DNA of 64,000 nucleotides from Octopus sinensis. Its lineage: Eukaryota. A model generated the notes under the pieces. That model did no database searches and was not told where the DNA came from. It was given only the letters and a program-made list of their open reading frames with translations. Position numbers and translations under genes: made by a program. Positions 41,264 through 53,040 of this stretch are shown here, piece after piece (within the stretch, counting starts at the first letter, position 1; each line of letters opens with the position of its first letter). The stretch covers positions 179,428,001 through 179,492,000 of the forward strand of contig NC_042997.1 in NCBI RefSeq assembly GCF_006345805.1, read 5' to 3'.

Positions 41264-42315
41264 GGTATCGCCGATATCGTAGCTTAGCATTATTAGCTTT
41301 GAAGTTTTCATGGCACTAGAATATGAGGTTCAAACCTGTTTCTTTGACACGAACATTTATACCATCTACGTGCTGTTGGAAGAGACTAGCTAACCTCAAG
41401 TTTTCATTTGAAGAATGTTCCCTAAATCGTTGTTCTTAGAACCTTTTCTATCTGAATAAGGTCACTAGATTGTATGCAGATAACGCGAGCAGGCAGGAAA
41501 TTTTGCAAGTCATAAATAAATGAGATAGATTTAGTAAGATATTATGCTTCTGGAGTACAAATCGTTACGAATACAGGAAGGAACAAGTCAGAAAGACATT
41601 GTCATCTCTCATATTTACACAGCTTAAAAAAAAAAAAATTAAAAGAACTAGGATCGATTCCTTCGACTAAAAAATTTTTAAGGATATATCCCATCATGGT
41701 TGCAGTGTTCTGCTTGAAACAAATAAAAAAAAAGATTAAAAAGAATCGCCTCAGGAAATGAGAGAAGAGAAAAGATAGTGACAGAAAAGGGGAACGGCAG
41801 AGAGAGAGAGAGAGATAGATAGACAGAGAGAGGGGTAAATAATGGGAAAATATATATATAGAGAGAGGGGTAAATAAAGGGAAAATATATATAGAGAGAG
41901 GGAGGAGCAAGAGAGGAGAGAGAAGTAGGAGAAATATGAGGAGAGCAAATTTGTGAGATTTTTCTTGTAACACTTGAAGTTTAAAGCTTTGTTTGATGTT
42001 TAGTTTAACAAGATTGTCATCGTTGAAGTTTTTCAAAGCGTATCTCCCTAATAGATGGTATATAACAGTTAATGTCCAGTGGATTAAAGCAGCTTATATA
42101 TTTGGTTGTGAAAGATACAGTATGACGAAGACGAGTTGATCTAGAACTGTTTACATGATATTTACGATATTTGAAGGGCAATGCGTTTGTCGTTTCTAGT
42201 TTGAGAGAAGTATCGTTTCAGGTAATCGACACATTGTTATATGTAGACACACACCTTTCTTGATCATGATGAATGTAACTATATATATATGTATCTCTCT
42301 CTCTCTCTCTCTCTC

Positions 42316-42357
<42 letters not shown>

Positions 42358-42359
<2 letters not shown>

Positions 42360-42490
42360 AAATCCTTTGTGTGTTCATAATGCATTCTCGAACGGCTCAA
42401 CCAAATCAAATAAAATTTTAAATGTAATTTTGGGGGAGTTAAACGGTGCAACATTGGCACGGGTCCCGCATTACGTCACAAAACTCGAAG
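42358..42490 (+). mobile_element. Possible HINE/Helitron-associated fragment
   Basis: After (TA)n: gcattctcgaacggctcaaccaaatcaaataaaatttt, similar to the gaacggctgaaccgatt...aaattt motif of such elements. Confidence 0.35.
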
Positions 42491-42568
42491 AATAAAAGTG
42501 AAACCTTCGACAGAGTAACAGTTATAAATAGTTTCACTTTTATATTGTTTCACTTTTAAGAGTTTCAC

Positions 42569-42601
<33 letters not shown>

Positions 42602-42648
42602 TATAATATATATATCTATATATATATATATATATCTATATATATATA

Positions 42649-42853
42649 CCGGAGTAAACACATAATGTGAAACAAGGTGGAAAAAAGGAGTACTCAAATA
42701 CCAGTGGTAGAGTAATATGCTTTATTTAAAGCAGCTGAAAATTCTACAAAACCTGTTACTCTGAGTTTCCACTTGCCGTTCATCGGACAGTTTTTGCAAC
42801 GCGAAACTCAGAGTAACAGGTTTTGTAGAATTTTCTGCTGCTTTAAATAAAGT
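42649..42853 (-). mobile_element. Penelope-like short element in (TA)n with 50-bp inverted duplication and hammerhead-like motif
   Basis: Arms 42720-42769 and 42803-42852 are reverse complements with one mismatch. Minus strand reads CAAAAACUGU-CCGAUGA-ACGGCAAGUG-GAAA-CUCAGAG-UA-ACAGGUUUUG. Confidence 0.7.
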
Positions 42854-43034
42854 ATATATATATATATATTATATATATATATATATTATATATGTGTGTA
42901 TATATGTGGATATATATATATTTATGCATATATATGTATGTATGAATATATGTGGATATATATGTATAAATACAGTGTACACTTAAACACATAAGGTGTT
43001 CATCATAGGACTCCCTTACGCTAGAAGGAACAGC

Positions 43035-43115
43035 TAAAGTCCTGGTGTCGATTTGTTCGATTAAAGGCGATAATACAGCATCGCCTTAGTCAAATGACTG
43101 AAACAAAGAAATGAA
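43035..43115 (+). mobile_element. SINE family C 3' fragment
   Basis: aagtcctggtgtcgatttgttcgattaaaggcg...agtcaaatgactgaaacaa. Confidence 0.6.
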
Positions 43116-43149
43116 TATATATATGATGATAATTGCTTCATGATGAGAA

Positions 43150-43900
43150 ATGGTAGACCTCTCATCAACACACACACCACACCTCGTCACACAGCACAAC
43201 CATCCGTTGATGAGCCCTTAGATGACTTTTAAGACCAGCTGCTGTCTGACAGGGTTTAAAACACAAGTAACAGATATTCAAGTTTCTTCTATATCTTTGC
43301 CCTTTGGAATCTGATCGTGAAGGAATTATTGTTTTGTGAACTAGCATGTGTTCACAAACTAGCTTCTGGATTAGCTTGACACCATAGAACTAGCGGAGTA
43401 CCGATTAATTAGCTGAGTTGCAGCACAAGAGCGCATAGCAGAGAACTTGTTTATTCGGAGAACTTTCAGTGTTTTATTTTGACAACGTATGATATTAAGT
43501 TGACAGAAATTGGATTATTCTGTATGATAAATGCCTCTAATAACTGAGAAAAGTAAATGTAGTCACCTCAAAACAACCTTTGCAGATTTTACACGAATTA
43601 CATTAGTTTTATTATTGCCGTTTCTTTGTTCATTTGTTTTGCACAATTTGCTTTTCTTCTGTTCTACCTGTTGCACTCTCTTGTTATTAGCTGTAGTGAT
43701 AATTCAACCTTTGTTGCTATCATTGCAGTTGTATTTTGTACGACTAACACATTGCTATAAATGTGTTCTGTTGGTTTTTATTGTGAGTCAATCACTAAAA
43801 CTGCTGTCAGTTTTTATTCTTATTGGTATTGTTCTCTTGTCACTGTTATTGTTACCTTTACTGATATTTATGTTTATTTATCGTTCTAGTTATTATTAAT
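43150..43900 (-). mobile_element. Internally deleted RTE-like LINE (5' region joined near 3' zinc-finger end)
   Basis: 3' part encodes ICYLCFKPCQTAAGLKSHLRAHQR, like the C-terminal Zn finger of RTE/BovB-type ORFs; 5' part is homologous to 6850-7190. Confidence 0.6.
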
Positions 43901-44646
43901 ACTGCTTTTTAAGTTGAATGGGGAAAAAATGCAGTCACGATCAGTCACGTTGTTGTGTTTGAACATCGGAAGAGATATCATATACGGTGGCAGCATGCAC
44001 CACATGATCAGCAAAGAATTGAGAAGTATAACGTCGAAAGTGCAAAGTTTATTGTGTTACTGTAACTGGCGCTAAGAAACTTTTGTAGGAGCAGGAAAAT
44101 TTGAGAATGTTATTTTGGCAAGAGACCAGAAGGTTCTCCTACAATTTAATAGTTCAAAAAAATTCGTGATCTGATCGATACCTAAAAATTTCTTTTATAT
44201 ACCCAATGTAGTCTTACTATCTATAAGTTGTGGGGGGGGATTTCCAAACAAACAAAAAAGAGATTCTATCATACTAACATGTACTTTTCAACAAAACACA
44301 TTCAAACGCAAATACCCACGCATATGTATGAATATTTGTGTTTATGTACGTATATGTATAGAGAGATTGTGTGCGTGTGTGTGTGTGTGGGAGAGAGAGA
44401 GAGAGAGAGAGAGAGAAAGTGACAAAGACAGAGAGATGAAGGAGATATGCTTTTAGACGTCCCTGAACGTATATAACGGTTTTAAATTGTTACAAGAATG
44501 TGACTAAAAGTACTTAATACGTTCTATTGAGTGAATATATTCGAAAGAAATACTTCTTGCGGTAGGCACCTTCCCTTGAGTCACATCTGTCGACAGAATG
44601 CTTTATTTAGAATGAAACAGAAAACCAGAGAAAGTATTACTTTCTG

Positions 44647-44689
<43 letters not shown>

Positions 44690-46165
44690 ACAGAACCATA
44701 TATTTAAGGATTATCTAAGCCTAGTTAGATTATCTATGAAGAAAACCAAATATTACCAATGTGAGTGATATTCACAAACTATGAATTCACAAACACTTTC
44801 CACTTTACAAGAATGAAAGAAAACTCATAAGAATGCGACTAGCATATAAGTGATTCACAATCATGCATAATAAATGAGTATTCCCCTCATCACCTGCCAC
44901 ACGGAATCAGTATGGTTTCGACACCTAAGGAGTTCCATTCAATGCGGCAGTGTTAATAGCATTAACGATATACACGCTGCCTAGAAATCCACCAGCATAT
45001 TGCTACAAGTAACAACAATTGATTAAACGAATAGTAATTACTTAAAATTACACAATAGTAGTCATAACAGACAATTAATTCCATAAAGAATATTCAGACA
45101 ATTCAACAAACATAGACTCCCAAATACTTTGTTTCTCACCCAAGATAAGACCACGAACGTGATATCACACGTAAAACAAGCCTCATAAAGATTAGTCGAA
45201 AAACGCAACGTCCTCCAACTATGGAGAAACAAAAGACTATAAAATATATTAACAAAATAAATTGGTTATTACAAGTAAAAGAAACTAAAAATAGGAGATA
45301 GAAGTAAATTAAATAAAAACATATTCTGTTGTGTCTGAGGAGAGTTATTCTCTTTCAGTGCCCTATAATTTTATATGTATATATATATATATATATATAT
45401 CTATATATATATGTATGTATGTATGTATATATATATATATTATATATATATATATAATTAGAAAATAACCACCTTTTATCAATTCAAATGAACAATTAAA
45501 TTACACCATCTTTTTATTATTATTATATTATATATATATATATTATATTGTATTGTGTGAAATTTGATTTAGTATTCTACATTGAATTTTTTTCCTTGTA
45601 AGTTTGGATTTTATTCCCTCAAATAATAATTATATATATATATATATATTAATAAAATATATAGATACAATATTAGATATGTACATATATACACAAGGGT
45701 TCTACATGAGTACCTATATCGCTAATGATAGAAGTCAAAAATTACTTGCGTACCACCGAATAGTCACAAATCTATTACAAACAAGATATCAAATATTGTA
45801 TATATATATATTATTAGGTTGCCTGTACAGCTGATAATTCGCTTACCACTTGTGATGGTATTTTAATAATACCATCCCTATATTTATATATATATATTTC
45901 GAGAATAGTTAACAATTATTGAAAAGGTTGCAAGGCTCAACGAAAGTTTTAGAAAAATAAATAAGTAAATGAGTACAAATTCTACCGGTGTGTGTGTGTC
46001 AAATTATAAGGCACGAAAAGAAAATTACTCTCCCCAGACACCACACAAAATGTTTCAACACACGAACTCACATAAAGAATCTTGCACAACAAATCCCAAA
46101 ACGAAATAAATTAAAACAAATATGCATATAAATAGATAATATTACTGCAACAAACATATATACTC

Positions 46166-46237
<72 letters not shown>

Positions 46238-46808
46238 ATTCAAACAATTAATAATAACATGTCCTAACTACAAAGACACTAGCTCATCCATTATAATTAT
46301 ACGGACAACGAGCTCGTTCCTTGGGAGCAACTCAAATTATCCTTAATTACAGAATAATTAAATATATATGTAGTTTAAATCAAGGTATACATGTACAGAC
46401 TATAAACAGTGAATACCACTTGTTTCACTTCTATAACACGAAATCAAGTCTTTGCAAAGTGGTTTTCTTTACGATACAGCCAAGTTTGCGCGTTGTTATA
46501 TAAATGTCAATACGCGCGCTCGTATGTAAGCATTCAAATATTTAGTCAATATGAGTGAGTGAATTTATGTAAGTGGGATAGGGTGTGAGCGAACATGTGT
46601 GCATACGAATATACAATTATGAGCGTGATGCTGACGTTAGAATTTTTACTGTAATTCTATTTCTGTTATTCCCACTTTTCCCATTCTTTGCTCATACTGA
46701 AAAGCATACATATATACATTTATTTATATGTATGTTTGTATATATATATATATATATATATATATGGATACATATAGTTATCTATACACACACACACACA
46801 CACACCAC

Positions 46809-46865
<57 letters not shown>

Positions 46866-47302
46866 GGATACATATAGTTATATATATACACACATATATA
46901 TGCATACATAAATGCATTTATACACATACATATTATAAATAATAAAATATATTTATTTGTGTGTCTGTGTGTGAATGTGTGTGTGCGTGTGTGTGTGTGC
47001 GTATGCGTGTGTGTGTGAAAACTACTTAAATGTTTCCACCGACACATATTTATATATAGATGTCAAAATGCATAATTGACAAAATTGCATATTACACAGT
47101 TTTTATGAAACATACAACGGATGCAAAATAAGAAAAAAAAATTTTGTAAATTGTTTAATCAGAGAAAAACGCACAAATTATATTTGTCAAAAAAACATCA
47201 CTTAATTGAGTAACAAATTAATTACTAATTGTAGAAATATATTTTTCTTTAGATATAATTTCGCTATGATACTTTCTGCTTTCAACCTGAATAACATGCC
47301 TA

Positions 47303-47306
47303 TTTA

Positions 47307-47350
<44 letters not shown>

Positions 47351-47372
47351 TAATAATAATAATGATAATAAT
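47303..47372. repeat. (AAT)n microsatellite, likely R4/Dong target
   Basis: Flanks the first R4/Dong fragment; a matching tract lies at 48163-48210. Confidence 0.95.
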
Positions 47373-48161
47373 AGAACACTAAAAAAGAGACCGAGTACAC
47401 TGGAACACTAAAAAAAGGAGAGAAAAAAGAGAAACCGAGAGCACTATACTGGCAGCGCAAGAGCAAGCTTTGGTCACGAACTGGAGGGTCAACCATAGGA
47501 ATAAAAATTGTCTCGGCTGTGCAGCATTTGCAATAGAGTCGATGAAACCATTGCCCGTATCACGAACGAATGCCCTACATTTGGCAAAAACCACGATCAG
47601 GTAGCGAAAATGCTACATTGGAAACTGTGCGAAAATTGAGGGCTAGCTGGCGGCAAGATGTGGTATGAGAACAAACTGCAGAAAGTAGCGGAGTCGGAGA
47701 CTAACAAAATCCTCTGGGATTTCCCGATCCAAAAATGTGCTAGAGCATAACAGACCGGACTTAGTGGTGGTGGACAAGGTGCACCACATTTGCTATATAG
47801 TTGTCGTTGCATGCCCCTTTGACTTACGAATAGCCAAGAAGGAAGGGGAAAAGATAGATACAACACTCTTAAGTACGAAATAGCCCGGCTATGGAAAATG
47901 AAGAAGGTGGAGATAGTGCCAATTATTGTTGGGTCCTTGGGAATAGTATCGGAAGGCGTCAAAAGGAATACAAAAGAAACTGGAATAGAGTACCCAGTAG
48001 AATTGTTACACAAGTTTTCCCTCTTTGGCACGGCCAGAATAATCAGGAAAGTATTAGAGAGCTGAAAAGAACGAATAGTATGGTACCGTAGGCTGCAGGT
48101 AGTAAGCTCGCTACGCATACAAGACTCCAGGAGCTCCAACAAAACCTGTGATAAAGAGAAC

Positions 48162-48162
<1 letters not shown>
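47373..48162 (+). mobile_element. 5'-truncated R4/Dong-clade retrotransposon 1 (CCHC, RLE, 3' UTR)
   Basis: KRETESTILAAQEQAL, LCSICNRVDETI, HDQVAKMLHWKLC, HNRPDLVVVDK, ACPFD, LKYEIARLW, VPIIVGSLG, GTARIIRKVLES*; stop at 48063-48065. Confidence 0.92.
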
Positions 48163-48212
<50 letters not shown>

Positions 48213-48720
48213 TAAGGATGTTCCCTGTCCTTGCTAAGTCAGAATATGTATACAGACATGACAAACTAAGTAACTATATCCACTGGACAATGTGCCAACA
48301 CTGCAACATTAAAACTGAGTGTTAATGGTATAAACATGTGCCAAACAAGGTACAAGACAATGACCAGGCCACAATCATCTGGGATATGCCAGCTCAAACT
48401 GACAAAGAAATAAAAGCTAATCGCCCAGACATAATAGTCAAGGATTGGAGAGTAAACATTGCAGACATTTCTGATCAAAATATTGTCGAAAATTAACTGG
48501 AGAAATTGTTGAAGCACAAAGATCTAGAAATTGGAGTATTCAAAATGTGGAGTATGAAGGTAAAACTATAGAAGTAATAATTGGAGTATTGGACATGATA
48601 AAAAAATCATATGAATAATAATGTAAAATCTATACCTGGATCGTCAACACAACACGCTGTCCAAATAATAACCCCGCTAGGAACAGCCCACATCTTACGC
48701 AAGACACTATCAATCCAATT
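48213..48720 (+). mobile_element. R4/Dong-clade fragment 2 (RLE), divergent subfamily
   Basis: LAKSEYVYRHDKLSNYIHW, WYKHVP, TIIWDMPAQTDKEIKANRPDIIVKD, KHKDLEI, MWSMK, LGTAHILRKTLS. Confidence 0.88.
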
Positions 48721-48752
48721 AAACAACCTACACAAAACAAGCAGTGCGCATG

Positions 48753-49500
48753 AAAACCCGTGCTAAAACTGCCGCCCTAGATAGTCTTACTGATAAATGG
48801 CAAGAAAAACCTCTCAATCGCAAATACCCAAAGAGCTTATAATGCCGATATTGACAAACCCCTCACCCATCAATGATTTGTGTCTTCTGGCTTAAACTCA
48901 GAAATAGAAAGGTTTATCATACTAGCTCATGATCAATGCTTACCCAAAAAAGAAGCTACCAGGTCAACATCTTAAAGAACGGCAGTAGTCCAACAGGTCG
49001 TGTATGTAAACATCAAAATGAAACCATTGATTATGTTGTCTCCATGTGCAGTCTTCTTGCGCCTACAGAGTATCTCAACAGGCATGATAGAAGGGCACAG
49101 TATATTTACTGGGTAATTTGCAAAGACTTGAACCTGCCCCATGATAAAAACTGGTGGGAACTTAAACCGCTACCTGTAAAAATGACCACATCTCATTCCT
49201 TTGGAACTTCACCGTTCAAACTTACTGACATAATACGCAAATAAGCTAGACATTATGTGGAAGGGCGTGAGACAAAATTCATGCCTCCTCACCGATATGA
49301 CTATCCTAATCGACTTATCAAAAACTTAGCAAGCATAAATATTTGAAATAGAAATTGACAAATGTGGAACATCAAGATAAATACAATACCTCTTGTCATA
49401 GGTACACTAGGAATAATAGAATAGTAAAATGGTAGAGATGCTAACTAGCTCAGATACCAGGAAATCCAGAAATGGAACAAATTTAATATAGTGCTCACGT
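48753..49500 (+). mobile_element. R4/Dong-clade fragment 3, divergent subfamily
   Basis: KWQEKPL, GRVCKHQNETIDYVVSMCSLLAPTEYLNRHDRRAQYIYWVIC, MWNIKINTIPLVIGTLG; followed by degenerate (AAT/GAT)n at ~49500-49560. Confidence 0.85.
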
Positions 49501-49564
49501 GATGATAATAATAATCATAATAATAATAATAACAATGATGATGATGATGATGAGGATAATATTA

Positions 49565-49990
49565 AATGACCTGATGCGGTACCAGGCACTGGCTCTCAAG
49601 GTTTTTCATCTTAAGTAATTGGATGTGTTATGTACATGTTTTCTCTTGGCATAAAGATGGGCTACAGCATATATTCTGCTCGATACCATAGATTTATTTG
49701 TCAGTTGCTTTACCATAACCACTTGAGCATGTCCCTTACTGGTTGACGATATGTGCATGTCTGATGATTGTAGAAGTAGTGGGTGAGCATCAGAACCATG
49801 TGTTGAGTGAAATATTTTGGGTTTGAATAATTCACCTCTGGAAACATGGGTGTGTCTTTCGTTTCTCTTAAACCTTATTTAGGGACCTTTTAATTGGGAT
49901 AGGCTACTTGACTTCAAGATGGGTATATTGGGCTTCATATTTTTATACCCCAGAGTCACTGAGGTGGAATGCACTGCTCTCTCACTCAAT
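49565..49990. repeat. Probable interspersed repeat of unknown class ending at (AAT)n
   Basis: More GC-rich than flanks, ends gcactgctctctcactcaataataataat; recognised by pattern only. Confidence 0.35.
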
Positions 49991-50000
49991 AATAATAATA

Positions 50001-50117
50001 ATCCTTTCTACTATAGTCACAAGGCCTGGAATTTTGTGGGTAGGGACTAGTCGATCATATCGATCCCAGCGTTTCAGTGATACTTAATTTATAGACCCCG
50101 AAAAGATGAAAGGCACT
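50001..50117 (-). mobile_element. SINE family A 3' fragment
   Basis: cctttctactatagtcacaaggcc...gtcgatcatatcgatcccag...acttaatttatagaccccgaaaagatgaaaggca. Confidence 0.7.
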
Positions 50118-50277
50118 AGTAGTAGTAGTAATCGCAGCAGCAGAAGAAGAAGTAGAAGAAGTAGAAGAAGAAGAAGAAGAAGAAGAAGAAGAAGAAGAAG
50201 AAGAAGAAGAAGAAGAAAAAAAAGAAGAAGAAGAAGAAGAAGAAGAAGAAGAAGAAGAAGAAGAAGAAGAAGAAGAA
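50118..50277. repeat. (GAA)n trinucleotide tract
   Basis: About 135 bp of near-pure GAA preceded by (AGT)n and (GCA)n. Confidence 0.95.
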
Positions 50278-50898
50278 ACCTGAGACAATGAGGGATTATG
50301 TGCTCCATCGTATTGCGAGAAATAGTAGCAATATTTGTCTCAAAAATCACATCCTTTTATATTAATAACCGGACCTATTAGATAATGTGGACTTATATAA
50401 TATATTCCCATAAATGAAGCTTTGATGGTCAGGCCAAGGCACTTACATCTGCAATATCAGATGTGATTTAAGAATAAGCTGGAACAAACAGTATGCAAAA
50501 CATGACCAAAATGTGCATATGAAAACATATTTGTCGATCATAACTGTCTTCTAAAACCATACAGATCTTTAGTATTATATCGATTTTCTTGTTTTGATTG
50601 ACATATAATCATAAACTCTTTGCGCAACACCTGTTTGTTGGTTAGGAAATTTGAAATCTCTTACATTGATTGTTTCCTTATTCTCATATGAAAACAAAAT
50701 CCATGAGGTGTTGTCTAACAAAATAGCTGTTCAGATTTCTTGTCAGATGCAAAAGATTGTTGCAATCTATGCAGTCTACGGCAGAAAAAAATGATAAGAA
50801 TGGAATTGGTAAATAGACTGTTCGAGAGTGCTCCAAGTCATACTTGGTATAATCCTTCTTAGCTATGAAAACCCCCAAATAAAATTGGACGTAATACT

Positions 50899-51117
50899 CT
50901 TTTACTCATTTACTTGTTTCAATCATGTGACTGTAGCCATGCTGGAGCACCGCCTTTAGCCGAGAAAATCGACCACAGAACTTGTTTTTTGTAAGCCTAG
51001 TACTTATTCTATCGGTCTCTTTTCCCGAACTGCTAAGTTACGGGGACGTAAACACACCAGCATCGGTTGTCAAGCGATGTTGAGGGGACAAACACATACA
51101 CACAAACATATACACAC

Positions 51118-51166
<49 letters not shown>

Positions 51167-51319
51167 CGACGGGCTTCTTTCAGTTTCCGTCTTTCAAATC
51201 CACTCACAAGGCGGCTGTGGTAGGCCTGACACTTGCCCAAGATGCTACGCTGTTGGACTAAACCCGAAACCATTTGGTTCGTAAGCAAGCTATTTACCAC
51301 ACAGCCACTCCTACGCCTA
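50899..51319 (-). mobile_element. Near full-length SINE family C
   Basis: Reverse complement of the 18190 family including the head (aggcgtaggagtggctgtgtggtaaatagcttgc) and internal (CA)/(TA) tract. Confidence 0.88.
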
Positions 51320-53008
51320 GGGTGAAATTGTCTATGTAATGTTTTGTTTCGTGTTGCTACAGGTTGCGCAACTGTATTTATCTCTAAGATAAACTGCGTA
51401 CGCTACATTCCCTAAAAAAAAAAAAAATCTGAGCTGCTGTTTTAGTGACGACAACGTGCTCTATTTGTTGACATATTTTAAGCCATGAACTGATAAGACC
51501 CTCCAAAATCTTCATTACACATATTACAAGAATCCACTGCATTCAACAGAAAAATACAACTTTCCATGTTTCTGTGAATAGATTCTCCGGTAGCTAATTG
51601 TAAGCTGCCAACTGTTTATACTATTCCATAAAGTCAGTGGAAACTAACTTCACTGCAATATTAGCATTCCTGGAATTTCTTATTTATACCAGTGAAACTT
51701 GTTTCACCTATCGCTCTAAAGTTAACCACCATTCAGCAGTAAACAAGCACTCCTAACATGGTATTTCTCCGAACTTGTACTACCCATCCTTTGAGAACGA
51801 GTTTCATTATTTTTCATTGAAATTCACCCTTATTTAGAATCTGGAGTGGGGGAAAAACTCAGTGTTCAGAATTAAGCCAGACAATGTAAACCCAAACAAT
51901 ATGCATAAAAAGTATGCTAATAATATGGTTTTCAATCGTTGTTACTGATTCAGGAGGAAAGAGCAGTACCAATGACCTTTGCAGGACCTAACAGTTTATG
52001 TTCAATTTGAACTGTCGCCGGGATAAGATGCCAGAGAGCTGATGTTCAAGATAAACAGACATCGTTTTTGTCTGGGAAACTTAAAGTTTAGCATTTCTAG
52101 CTCAAGGCATATGCATGAATATTTATACTCCATGCGTGGAATACCCCATTCTTTTGCAAACAATGCTAGATAGATAGATACATACATACATACACACATT
52201 CATACATAATACATACATAATACATACATACATAGACACACACAGTCACATGTATATATATGAAAATTACAATAAGCACAAATCTGTATTAGTAGTTCCT
52301 ACGGATGTTTTACAATTATGGTTCCTTGGAAATTGCACCGGATGCTCTTAGTGAACTTGAATGCTTACATAGAACAGAACATTAAGTTTCAGAGAAAACA
52401 TTAGCCACGCTGGGCTCAAAACTTAACAGTAGCAGATGTACATCTACTTGTATACTCTCTTTCTCTCTCTCCCTACACACACGCGCACAAACACACATAA
52501 ACATATATGATGTTGCACATGTGTGTTTGTCTGCAGGTATATGCTTTTGTATGTGTGTATATGTGCATACAAGCACACAGCGTATCATTCAACTGAATGA
52601 TACTTTTTATGCATATGTAGAATATATATGCTCATTTCATATGTAGGATATATATGAGCATTTCTCGTACAAAAATATGTTCTTGCGCTCGCGTGTATCT
52701 ATTTTTTATTTCATCTAGTTTCAGCTGAAGCTGTGGCCATGCTGGGGCACCGTGGATACGTTTATGTATGTGCTTCTGATAAATGAGAATAGAAAAGTAG
52801 GGTAACTTCAAAAAATACGGGCAAATTAGGAAGATAAAGTCATGAGAATATACAGATAGAAAATCTTGGATGCGAGAAGGAATCAGAGAGTGACGGTATA
52901 TGAACTTGTAAAGACTTATTATGTAAATATATAAACATTTTGTTTCGGTATTCCTTACACGGTGTGCATAAACAATGATATACGTACATACATACAAACA
53001 TTCATATA

Positions 53009-53040
<32 letters not shown>

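Noticed and set aside
43165-43347. C2H2 zinc-finger gene
   Set aside because: Single finger with no linker or array; fits the C-terminus of an RTE-type LINE.
50106-50291. Poly-Arg protamine-like ORF and opposite poly-Ser/Leu ORFs
   Set aside because: Pure (GAA)n tract starting inside a SINE fragment.
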